Part shown: positions 39,493 to 48,291 of the stretch, one piece after another | How positions within the stretch are numbered: the stretch's first letter is position 1 | Layout of the letters: each line of letters begins with the position of its first letter | DNA from: a virus | Taxonomy: Duplodnaviria > Caudoviricetes | Virus record (IMG/VR): IMGVR_UViG_3300021399_000100 | DNA length: 64,000 nt | Direction: 5' to 3' (one strand) | Notes under the pieces: generated by a model | What the model saw: only the letters and a program-made list of their open reading frames with translations | Database searches by the model: none | What the model was told of the DNA's origin: nothing | Made by a program: the position numbers and the translations under genes

Positions 39493-40308
39493 ATGATGAA
39501 AATGAATACGCTGCTTGGCGTTACAGACCACGCACAAGCTGTTGCAAACAAAGAGGTGTCTGAATATACATCGCTCTTCAAAAACAAGGGTGGCCAATTC
39601 ATTGGTGAGTTGAAAACGTACGAGCCTCACGAAGGTTACCCCGACAAGCCTGCAGAACACGTTAATCGCACTGTGGCTTCAACTGTGTCTGAGCAGTTCG
39701 ACTATATGTTGAACGATAAAGACCCGCACTGTGGCGCACTCCCTAAGTATTTGAAACTTCTGTTTCAGATTGAGGCCACCAATTCAATCGGTGCCAAACG
39801 CGTTCCATTGATTGTAGATGGTGTAAATTTAGGTAGTTTGACTGCGGTAGAGTTGATGCGTTTGAAGAACGTCCTCACATCAACGAACCTAGACGAAATG
39901 CTCAAGAATATCCCAGTTCGCAGTGACTCCAAGAGATGGACCCGAGCAGGCGGTGATTATTCTGACAGAGAGGTATATGAATCGGATGTCATCCGCTCAG
40001 TGGATAGAACCACTATCAAGACCCAGGAAATCTTGAAGGATCCAAATATTGATCCATCTAACATTCCAGCGAATTACCGCTCAACCGTAGTTGAAAGGGC
40101 GCAGATTGTCGAAATGGCTGACCAGACCCGTCAGGAGTTCACCGGTGAGTGGTCACAGACTCAGAAGGCCTATCTATTGAGCCGAAAGTCATTGCTGCTT
40201 AACGCAGTAATCGCAGCTCTTAAAGAGGTTAACGATATCGAAGCATCTCCAGCAAATTTGGACGTAGACACAATGCTGAAATATCTGTTCTTTGGCAACA
40301 AGGAATAA
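39493..40308 (+). CDS. Uncharacterised protein embedded in the tRNA cluster (recalled as DUF7873-like; unverified)
   Basis: F.G..KTY.P..., I.ATN...., L....L..L, IPVR...W, EF.G.W, AL...N pattern. Confidence 0.75.
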   Translation: MMKMNTLLGVTDHAQAVANKEVSEYTSLFKNKGGQFIGELKTYEPHEGYPDKPAEHVNRTVASTVSEQFDYMLNDKDPHCGALPKYLKLLFQIEATNSIGAKRVPLIVDGVNLGSLTAVELMRLKNVLTSTNLDEMLKNIPVRSDSKRWTRAGGDYSDREVYESDVIRSVDRTTIKTQEILKDPNIDPSNIPANYRSTVVERAQIVEMADQTRQEFTGEWSQTQKAYLLSRKSLLLNAVIAALKEVNDIEASPANLDVDTMLKYLFFGNKE

Positions 40309-40315
40309 TAAATAA

Positions 40316-40648
40316 GGGATAAGGTTATTGGGTTAGCCTTATCTCACAAATTGACTAAAGCTTTACTTTTACTCTTTACATTTAAGCTTAACAGTCCTAG
40401 AGTGTTAGCATTGAGTCAAGAGCATTACAGTATAGCTTTATTGCAAAGCCATAGCATGTTCGTGTAATTCTTCATGAATTGTAAACACTTAGGCGCGGGT
40501 TCGAATCCCGTCCTGCCCGCAATTTTTTGATATTATATATGGGCAGGTGGTGAAGGGGTTAACACGGGTGTTCCACAGCTTTAGCATAACTTGCTATAAA
40601 GGTATTTGCACAATTCTACGGATATGCAGCAGGGATAGCTGGTATCCT
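40316..40648 (+). ncRNA. Candidate ncRNA containing a circularly permuted tRNA-like domain (3' half 40484-40519, 5' half 40541-40572) and AGC(A/T)T repeats
   Basis: Perfect acceptor stem GGGCAGG/CCTGCCC in inverted order, canonical T arm and D arm; flanking hairpins. Confidence 0.75.
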
Positions 40649-40649
40649 A

Positions 40650-40722
40650 GGGGGAGTAGCTCAAAAGGGAGAGCACACGAATCTTAATCATGGAGTTGCC
40701 GGTTCGAGTCCGGTCTCCCCTG
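40650..40722 (+). tRNA. tRNA-Lys(CUU)
   Basis: Cloverleaf; loop ATCTTAA; one anticodon-stem mismatch. Confidence 0.75.
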
Positions 40723-40727
40723 CAAAC

Positions 40728-40807
40728 ATGGCGTTAGACAAATTGGTAAAGTCACACCCTTTATTCTAGGTTGGGTGAATTTGAAGGTTCGAATCCTTCA
40801 CGCCGTA
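40728..40807 (+). tRNA. tRNA-like RNA with a 13-nt anticodon loop (undetermined)
   Basis: All four stems intact; CACCC-TTTATTCTAGGTT-GGGTG. Confidence 0.7.
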
Positions 40808-40832
40808 CAAATTTTAGATAATATATGGAAAT

Positions 40833-40903
40833 GTATCCTTGGTCTAATGGTAAGACGGCGGTCTCCAAAACCGCTAATCGAGGTTCGATTCCTTGAGGAT
40901 ATG
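40833..40903 (+). tRNA. tRNA-Trp(CCA)
   Basis: GCGGT-CT-CCA-AA-ACCGC. Confidence 0.9.
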
Positions 40904-41070
40904 CCGCCAGCATACTAACTACAGGCATGATGTGAGGTATGCATGCTTTCCACTTGTTGCCTGCAATGGAGGAAAGTACAGTTGCTAGTAAGTGTACCAT
41001 ATCATAGGCAGGTTCCTATGTCTAGCTCATGGCCAGTACTGAACAATAAAGGATGCACAAGAAGCTGACC

Positions 41071-41217
41071 AGCGAAGTAGCTCAATAGGTAGAGCACAGT
41101 AATTCATATACGGGAAGATTGCCGTTCGAACATCGCGCGCGAAGTAGTTCAACGCCATTCAGCGAGAGCACCGTATCCATATAACTGAAGATGACAGTTC
41201 GAATCTGTTCTTCGCGC
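41071..41217 (+). tRNA. Nested/tandem tRNA-like structure (outer tRNA with a tRNA-derived insert)
   Basis: Two GCGAAGTAG 5' ends and two TTCGAA loops, with cross-paired anticodon stems. Confidence 0.65.
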
Positions 41218-41250
41218 ATAATGTAACTTGTATATTTGTGTTTTGATTGA

Positions 41251-41460
41251 ATGAATGCATATGTACCACATGAACATTACTCTAAAGGCGACTGTGTAGT
41301 TATTGATAGTACATGGGTTGTCAAAGGCTCTAAAACAATAAAAGCAAACGCGTCCGGTATAGGAATGTATGATTATCGCATATATACTATATCGAACGGT
41401 ACTGTTTCTATAGACGTTCCAGAGTGGCTCATATTGGGCAAGCTTGAAGATGATGTATAG
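41251..41460 (+). CDS. Small hypothetical protein
   Basis: ORF on the cluster strand. Confidence 0.5.
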   Translation: MNAYVPHEHYSKGDCVVIDSTWVVKGSKTIKANASGIGMYDYRIYTISNGTVSIDVPEWLILGKLEDDV

Positions 41461-41532
41461 AAATGATTAGCTATGTACATCTTGACTATATAGTTAATAA
41501 TTCAATAAGTATAAGTGTAGTATATTACAATA

Positions 41533-42072
41533 ATGAAAAACTTTTTAATGATTTTAATAACGGTGGCTCTTGCTTTTTTTGCACACCATTTTTTAAGCTC
41601 ACCATCGTATTCTGCAACTACAGAAATCACGGTAGACAATTTCCTTGATATTGCTAAAGCAGATCTTGCTACAGAGTCTTCGAAATCAGAAAACGTCGTG
41701 TTCTACGAGAGTCAAATCACATTCTCTAATTTCATTACATCAGATACTGTAGGCATCGAACGAGTTATGAATGTTATTCAGGATACTTCTATGTGCATAC
41801 AGTTTCACCATCGTGGAACTAAAACATATATTACTAAAACGCATTCGTATTGGCTAGAAGATATTCCTGTTAACTTGGATAGGTTGATTACATTGGATAG
41901 TGCTATTACTAGATTGAACATGGCAAACGTACCAAAGCCTAAGACACGTATATGTATATTGCGCAACGTCTTAGGACCGACGCCTACAACCCCAGCTTAT
42001 ATTTTTGGAACGCATGGTACTGGATTCGTAAGAGTTGACGGATATACCGGAGAGGTTAGTACTATAGAATAA
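41533..42072 (+). CDS. Secreted/membrane-anchored protein (PepSY-like C-terminus)
   Basis: Signal-like N-terminus; P.Y.F....V.VD..TGEV. Confidence 0.65.
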   Translation: MKNFLMILITVALAFFAHHFLSSPSYSATTEITVDNFLDIAKADLATESSKSENVVFYESQITFSNFITSDTVGIERVMNVIQDTSMCIQFHHRGTKTYITKTHSYWLEDIPVNLDRLITLDSAITRLNMANVPKPKTRICILRNVLGPTPTTPAYIFGTHGTGFVRVDGYTGEVSTIE

Positions 42073-42122
42073 TAAATATAGGGAAGCAATCAATACCATA
42101 GTGTTCTGATTGCTTTTCTTAT

Positions 42123-42193
42123 GTCAGGTTGGCCGAGTGGTTAGGTAATGGTCTGCAAAACCATTTACGCAGGTTCGATTCCTGTACCTGACT
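42123..42193 (+). tRNA. tRNA-Cys(GCA)
   Basis: ATGGT-CT-GCA-AA-ACCAT; U73. Confidence 0.9.
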
Positions 42194-42216
42194 CTTCATT
42201 TAAAATAATATATGTC

Positions 42217-42648
42217 ATGATAGATATAGATAAACTTATTCTTTCTGCAACAAAAGAAAGAGACATAGCTAGGCGAGAGAGCTATAAGATGGTAAAGTCA
42301 AAGTTCCAGGAATGGAAGACTTCTAAGGAGAATGCTGGTAAGAAGGAGATGACTGAGGCTGATCAAATTAAGATCCTCAAGAAGCTTAAAGCCGAATACG
42401 AAGCAGATGCTAGTATGTATCGTACAAAAATGTCAGGCCAAGACATTGCGAAGCAATACGAAGAAACTGCAGTTATTATTGGCAAGCTTATCCCTGCCGA
42501 AGCTAGTGAAGCCGATATAGAAGCGTATATTAGCGAGATAGTTGGCGGTTCAAATATGCAGTTGAAAGATGTGATATGTGCTACTAAAGCGAAGTTCCCT
42601 TCGACTGATGGTAAGATCATAGCCACATTGGTAAAGAAACATTTCTGA
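42217..42648 (+). CDS. GatB/YqeY domain protein
   Basis: A.KE.D..R....K.VK....., I..LIP..ASE.DI, DGK.IA.LVK. Confidence 0.8.
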   Translation: MIDIDKLILSATKERDIARRESYKMVKSKFQEWKTSKENAGKKEMTEADQIKILKKLKAEYEADASMYRTKMSGQDIAKQYEETAVIIGKLIPAEASEADIEAYISEIVGGSNMQLKDVICATKAKFPSTDGKIIATLVKKHF

Positions 42649-42731
42649 TATATAGACAAAAATGATTAAGGCTATCATACAAGATAGCCTTTTGTTTTAT
42701 ATCGTAAATAATTTGTATAACGCTACTCCAA

Positions 42732-43400
42732 GTGGCTTTAACTAAAACAGATATGATAGTAGATAATTTCGAAGCATTTGAGAAATGCATCATGAATTTC
42801 CAAACAGATGATTCTGGAGATCCTTATATTTACCAGATTGATCTAATTGAAAGGAAGAAAGACGGTGTGGATTGTATTGGTAGCAAAAATAGTTCGCGCC
42901 GCGTAGCATCTTTCTACCCTGAAGATATAGCTCAATGGCAGAAATACAAGAACCGTATTAAAGAGATGTGCACTAGCCGACCAGGATTGAGAGCTTACAT
43001 CAACCCATCTAGAAAGAAAGCATCTAAAGTTCTATTACATTTGAATACATTAATAGCCAAACGTTTATATGACAAGGCATATACAGGACTGAGCAAGTTG
43101 TACCCTTCTGCTATAGCATCATGCAAGCCATACAAACAGGATGCATTGTGGGTTCTTGACGTAGACGCGGATGATCCATTTTCTTCAGATGATATTTTAG
43201 AATATTTTGAAAGCGTAGGTCTTTCTTCAGTCATAGTAACATCATTGCCTTCTAAGAGTGGCTGTCATATAATAACAAAGGCTTTTGATCGACATAAATT
43301 TGACGAATGGCTAAATAATAAGTGGGGAGGAAAGAAAACTGGTGAATCTATAGTTCATATCAATTCCCTTACTAACCTGTATATTAATACAGGCATATAA
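42732..43400 (+). CDS. Conserved phage protein with AEP-like DxD / GxH motifs
   Basis: RAYIN, WVLDVD and PSKSGCHII. Confidence 0.6.
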   Translation: MALTKTDMIVDNFEAFEKCIMNFQTDDSGDPYIYQIDLIERKKDGVDCIGSKNSSRRVASFYPEDIAQWQKYKNRIKEMCTSRPGLRAYINPSRKKASKVLLHLNTLIAKRLYDKAYTGLSKLYPSAIASCKPYKQDALWVLDVDADDPFSSDDILEYFESVGLSSVIVTSLPSKSGCHIITKAFDRHKFDEWLNNKWGGKKTGESIVHINSLTNLYINTGI

Positions 43401-43437
43401 AGTTTCCTAAGATCATACTTAATTCATTTATATTATT

Positions 43438-43998
43438 ATGTTAGTATTGCATAGTGTTTCATTGGCTGCTCTTTTAGCAGTCTTAATTTATGTAGTGTGT
43501 TTTATTTGCAGATATAGAATCGTTCCGCAAAGCCTTTCTGTTACTGCAGAGTATAATGGCCGATATATATGGTGGCAGATAATGATATGTACTGTTATGG
43601 GCTGGTTGGGGTATTGGATACCTACTGTGTATGATTTTAGCACATATGGATATTGGCCCATTTTGGCTTCAGTAGGAGCTGCTGGATTGGCATTGGCTGG
43701 ATATTATTCATATTCACCAGATGAAGAGTCTAAGCATGATATGATGATACATAAGATAGGGTCTTTTTCAGGCGCGGTTCTCGTATGTCTGTTTTATGTA
43801 GCATGTTTGCATTGGTGGGCAGTACTATTTATATTGGCCATATGTGCTTTGCTAGGCCTTATCGTTCCAGGATGCAGATACGACGCTCATTATACTAGAG
43901 GTTATTCAATAAGCAACTCTATTGTCTTCTGGGAAGAGATTGGTATCATCGGCATTATAGGATTCGATATTGTCAATAGATTCATATCTTGTTTCTGA
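43438..43998 (+). CDS. Multi-pass membrane protein
   Basis: Several hydrophobic segments; SLS..A, IH..G and FWEE. Confidence 0.7.
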   Translation: MLVLHSVSLAALLAVLIYVVCFICRYRIVPQSLSVTAEYNGRYIWWQIMICTVMGWLGYWIPTVYDFSTYGYWPILASVGAAGLALAGYYSYSPDEESKHDMMIHKIGSFSGAVLVCLFYVACLHWWAVLFILAICALLGLIVPGCRYDAHYTRGYSISNSIVFWEEIGIIGIIGFDIVNRFISCF

Positions 43999-44086
43999 TT
44001 AGCAAATATATAGATGCAGCCATGTTCCTATGCAGCCTGCATCTATATTTGTAAATATACTATTAATAACAATTGATTATGCTCAC

Positions 44087-44752
44087 ATGAATATATTGCA
44101 CTTTAAGGAATGGCTTTATGTCCACGGTGGTTATAGACATACGCCCAAAACTAAAGAAGAACTATTGGATGCCATTGAAATCGAAATAAAGAAGCAAGGT
44201 CCTCATGCAAACTTAGGGTATATTGATGTATCAAATGTGACAGACATGAGCGAATTATTTATGAATAGAGAATCATTCGATTGTGATATTTCAAACTGGA
44301 ATACGTCAAAAGTAAAAGACATGTCCAGGATGTTCGCTAATACTAAGAACATAAAGGTGGATCTGTCAAGTTGGAACGTTTCTTCTGTCAAACATATGGA
44401 TGGTATGTTTGAACGCAGCGATTTCACCGGTGATTTACATAGCTGGAATGTCTCTAATGTTGTCAGCATGAGAGGAATGTTCATGTATTCTAAATTCAAT
44501 AGCAATATTTCGGATTGGGATACTTATAATGTAAAAGACATGGCCATGATGTTCATGTGTAGTGATTTCAATCGAGATATACACTGTTGGTGTATATCAA
44601 ATGTAAGAGACATGACCCGAATGTTCTACGGAGCGCATTCATTTGTTCACGATATCAGTAACTGGAATCTGAGTAAGGTCACTAATAAAGATGAGATGTT
44701 CGATGACAGTGAATATATTCGACAGCAGATAAAGATGCCATACGAAATATAA
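44087..44752 (+). CDS. BspA/DUF285-type repeat protein
   Basis: Tandem WNVS.V..M..MF repeats. Confidence 0.85.
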   Translation: MNILHFKEWLYVHGGYRHTPKTKEELLDAIEIEIKKQGPHANLGYIDVSNVTDMSELFMNRESFDCDISNWNTSKVKDMSRMFANTKNIKVDLSSWNVSSVKHMDGMFERSDFTGDLHSWNVSNVVSMRGMFMYSKFNSNISDWDTYNVKDMAMMFMCSDFNRDIHCWCISNVRDMTRMFYGAHSFVHDISNWNLSKVTNKDEMFDDSEYIRQQIKMPYEI

Positions 44753-44949
44753 AAAAAAGAGAAGGTTTCTATTGAGTACCTTCTCTTTATTATTTATACA
44801 ATAAATGCGATTTAACGCGATATCTTTTATAAATCGATATCTTATACAGTTTGTTATATATATGCGATTATATGCGCGTTTATGCACGGAATTTAATATA
44901 ATAGAGTAAAAAGGGTGTGACAAGAATCACACCCTTTTTAATAAGTTTA

Positions 44950-46644
44950 TTAGAAATACTTAACCGTCCAGTTTTCTGGTACAGCCTCTACTGGTAAGTT
45001 AAATCCCTGCACCACAACTGGGAAGTATATAACTCCACTAACTGTTGTGTTTGTAAATAAAAACTGTTGGAAAGTAAGAGCATTTGAAGGTGAAGTGATA
45101 TTTACTACCACTGTAGTTAGTGCTGAGCAAATTGATAACCCATTTTCCAGGCCCATAGACTTTGCTGAGTCAGCTTCAAGATAAGCATATTCCAAACCAC
45201 TACATCTAGAGAAAGCATTACTCAACATTCTTCTCATAATCTTAGATGGCAGGATAGGCAGTTTCTTTAGCCCTGTACAGTTAAACAAGAAGTAAGCAAA
45301 GGTATTAGTACCATCACTGTCTCCAGGATAAGCCATGTGTCTATTCATATCAAGCTTACTAGCATCTACAATAGCTGAGTTACTACTAAACAGATTCATG
45401 AAGCAGTTCTCGCAAGGATTGACAGTTGTATTTGTTCCGTTATTCATTAGAGAAGAAACGCAACCAACCAGATCCACTTTACCTGTCATTGAGAAATTCC
45501 AGTTACCTGAATTATAGCCAGTCGTAATACCTGCTGAATTATTTCCTCTAAAAAATACAGCTCTTCCTGCTAGCAAGGAAATGACTGTATTAGGAGTATA
45601 CTCATTCCATGTGCTGTTATTTAAGCTATACTCAAATGTTCTATTTAAATCTGCCCCAGAATAATCCTCGACATAATCTTTCATGTAAAGTTTTACAGTA
45701 GACGCTTCTCTTGCAATAATACCAATAGGAAGAGGATTTGATGCAGTATCTGTTATGTTTATAGCTAGCCAATTGGAAGGAAGGGTGAATTTGTCTACAA
45801 TACTTCCCTCTACATAAAAAGTACCCGTAGTAGACAATCCTGTCATTACATTAGTACTTGCACCTGCGGTTGTACTGCCATCTACATAAAGAGAAGCCTT
45901 TACTAAAGAAGTGCATCCTTTAAACAGATTGGAATGTCCAGTAAGATTACCACTTACTTTTAAATTCGCCTTCGCAAGAGATGTGCAATTTTCAAACCAA
46001 CCTGAGAGATTAACATTTCCTGGGAAAGTTACGTCTGCTTCGGTTAATCCTGTTAATCCAGAAAGACAAGGAATAGCTCCTGCTGTCGTAGGAAAGTCTA
46101 TTCCATCTATATTGCTTATAACTCCTGCTGAATCTACTATTGTTAGATTAGGGATAGAAGATAAGCTGCCTGAAAGTTTTGCATTTCCTGATAAAAATGT
46201 CAGTGTAACATTTCCTGATGTATTCCACAAATACATTTGTTTGCCAGAAGAAACGACAATATCAGAACCTGATGTTACTGCAGTAGCATTGTTAGTAACA
46301 GTAGTGGAACCTTGTTTTACATTGCTACCTGTTACTGTAATAACTGTTCTTGAAATAGCTGTTACACAAAAAGGACTGTTTGCTTTTGCGACGCTAAATC
46401 CCTTTGCTCTTGCTACGTCAATAGTGCTTTGACTAAGAGAATCAACAACACTTTCATTAAGAGTTATTGTTTTACCACTTACTGTTCCTGCGTTACTTAC
46501 AATACCTTCAACAGATTCTGGAGTTAAAGGAGAGTCTGGTGCAGAAAAATCACGAATCAACCCAGAAAAAGAGATACTTGTAACTGACTTTCCTGGATCA
46601 TTAATCGTTATGCTTGAATTTTTTGGAATGTTGTATGTACTCAT
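44950..46644 (-). CDS. Tail-fibre-associated / receptor-binding protein with LRR(BspA)-like repeats
   Basis: F.NCTSL..A repeats; EYSLN...W..YT motif; ATGA overlap with the upstream gene. Confidence 0.7.
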   Translation of the reverse strand: MSTYNIPKNSSITINDPGKSVTSISFSGLIRDFSAPDSPLTPESVEGIVSNAGTVSGKTITLNESVVDSLSQSTIDVARAKGFSVAKANSPFCVTAISRTVITVTGSNVKQGSTTVTNNATAVTSGSDIVVSSGKQMYLWNTSGNVTLTFLSGNAKLSGSLSSIPNLTIVDSAGVISNIDGIDFPTTAGAIPCLSGLTGLTEADVTFPGNVNLSGWFENCTSLAKANLKVSGNLTGHSNLFKGCTSLVKASLYVDGSTTAGASTNVMTGLSTTGTFYVEGSIVDKFTLPSNWLAINITDTASNPLPIGIIAREASTVKLYMKDYVEDYSGADLNRTFEYSLNNSTWNEYTPNTVISLLAGRAVFFRGNNSAGITTGYNSGNWNFSMTGKVDLVGCVSSLMNNGTNTTVNPCENCFMNLFSSNSAIVDASKLDMNRHMAYPGDSDGTNTFAYFLFNCTGLKKLPILPSKIMRRMLSNAFSRCSGLEYAYLEADSAKSMGLENGLSICSALTTVVVNITSPSNALTFQQFLFTNTTVSGVIYFPVVVQGFNLPVEAVPENWTVKYF

Positions 46645-48278
46645 TGTGCAGAAGTAATTTGAGATATACCTGAAGTTTTGAAGAAAGTCCATTGATTATT
46701 TAAACAGATGCACTTTACAACACTTTCATTGCATCCATTCAAATCTGTATTTGTATTACCATCTTTAATTGTTAGTGTATTACCACTTGTAATTGTTAAT
46801 TCGATTTCTTTTCCAGTCACTTTTGTTATATTAGTAAAGTCCAAAATAGAATTGGATCCATAAGAGTAAGTAACAATTATCTTTGGTTTATCTTCTGCTG
46901 TTATCGTCTCTCCAGAATAATTGGTAAATGTTACTATTTGTGGTTTCAAAAAATCGAACATTTTAGCAGTGACATAATCTTTCACTACTTTTAGTGAAGC
47001 CAAATAATTAGGAGCATTTGCTGAGGACATTAAATCTTCCATTATTGAGAAAGTAGATATTGATTTCACATATTCAATATCACTTCCTAATGTTACCTCA
47101 AGGGCTCCTCCAGCAATACCAAAAGTTCCTACTTCATATTGTATCGAAGCATTATCTCCAAAAGATGTATAACCAGAACGTTTCCCTTGCAAAGGATTAC
47201 TGTCACCATTTGCTGTTATCCATGAAGTTCCATTCCACCATTTAGGTATCTTTTTGAGTGCAGAGCCATCGAAAACCATATCTCCAACTTTAGGTTCCGC
47301 AGGAAATGATTCTCCTGATTTAACAACATGAGGATAAGTCAATACATAGTCAGGCAAATCCTCTCCTCTAAACTCAAAGCTTTCCAAAGTTGCATCTTGA
47401 CCTATAAATATATATAGCCAATCAGCATCGTGTTCAGCAACAAAGCTCCAAGTTCCGGCACCTGAGTCTCCTGAATTATTAACTTGTTTCAATCGGTTAT
47501 CGGGATTCTGTGTACTTTTAGCTCCTTTACCATAACCTATGTAGAAAGAACGTGCTGTTTTAGTATAATAGTACCTTTTACCCTTTTCAATAGGAAATGT
47601 TATGAACTTATATTGGTCTGTCATATTGGTTACTTTAACAGGCTCAATAGCACTTCCAAGGTCTGTAAGGGTAATGTCTACAAGATTAGAAGAGGAACCA
47701 GTGGTGAAATAGAAATACTTAGCATCGTCTACCATACAAATAAACTCATAAGTACCTGCACCGCTAGAAAAAGACGTTCTTACATCCTGTGCAATATCAG
47801 TTCTAGAATTATTAGTTCTAGTCATAAAGCCAGTGAAAGGACTCTGAGTTTTTGTTAATGAGTATTTTTCATACTTCTTAAAGTTGTATGGAATCCAAAA
47901 TTCACCACCAACATCTGTTCTAACAACAGGTTCTTCTACTGGATAGTCAGTTCTAGGATGGAAGATTTCTATGAGGTCTGGTTTATTTATGTTATTCAGG
48001 CCGCCAATATTCTTCCAACCGGCACCTGTATTCATCCAAAGTTTACCTGTATCAAGAGATGTCCATATAGCACCTTTTGCTACAGGACCTTCTTTCGTAA
48101 AAAGTTTACCTGCTTTGATAATTGGTTTATCTACTTCATTACCAAACAAATAGCGTTGATTAAACTCCCATTGGACACTGTTTAAAGCATCCAATGAGGT
48201 TCTTTTTAAGATAGCTTTAATATCTGCAACAATCTTATCTAAAGATTGTTTGTCAATTAATTCTACGTTGTCGCTCAT
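46641..48278 (-). CDS. Tail-fibre module protein
   Basis: P.VGDM.FD....P.WWNGTSWI motif; internal GAGT repeat. Confidence 0.65.
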   Translation of the reverse strand: MSDNVELIDKQSLDKIVADIKAILKRTSLDALNSVQWEFNQRYLFGNEVDKPIIKAGKLFTKEGPVAKGAIWTSLDTGKLWMNTGAGWKNIGGLNNINKPDLIEIFHPRTDYPVEEPVVRTDVGGEFWIPYNFKKYEKYSLTKTQSPFTGFMTRTNNSRTDIAQDVRTSFSSGAGTYEFICMVDDAKYFYFTTGSSSNLVDITLTDLGSAIEPVKVTNMTDQYKFITFPIEKGKRYYYTKTARSFYIGYGKGAKSTQNPDNRLKQVNNSGDSGAGTWSFVAEHDADWLYIFIGQDATLESFEFRGEDLPDYVLTYPHVVKSGESFPAEPKVGDMVFDGSALKKIPKWWNGTSWITANGDSNPLQGKRSGYTSFGDNASIQYEVGTFGIAGGALEVTLGSDIEYVKSISTFSIMEDLMSSANAPNYLASLKVVKDYVTAKMFDFLKPQIVTFTNYSGETITAEDKPKIIVTYSYGSNSILDFTNITKVTGKEIELTITSGNTLTIKDGNTNTDLNGCNESVVKCICLNNQWTFFKTSGISQITSAQ

Positions 48279-48291
48279 AATTGTCAATTAA

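Noticed and set aside
40484-40572. Two-piece tmRNA
   Set aside because: No G3:U70 or A73 alanine identity, a D stem is present, and no tag reading frame is evident before the next tRNA.
37350-41000. ORFs 37350-37778, 38520-38783, 38552-38740 and 40761-41000 (-)
   Set aside because: Antisense shadows of tRNA genes.
41071-41137. Functional opal suppressor / tRNA-Sec(UCA)
   Set aside because: Copy 1 alone has a broken T stem and acceptor stem and lacks the long variable arm of tRNA-Sec.
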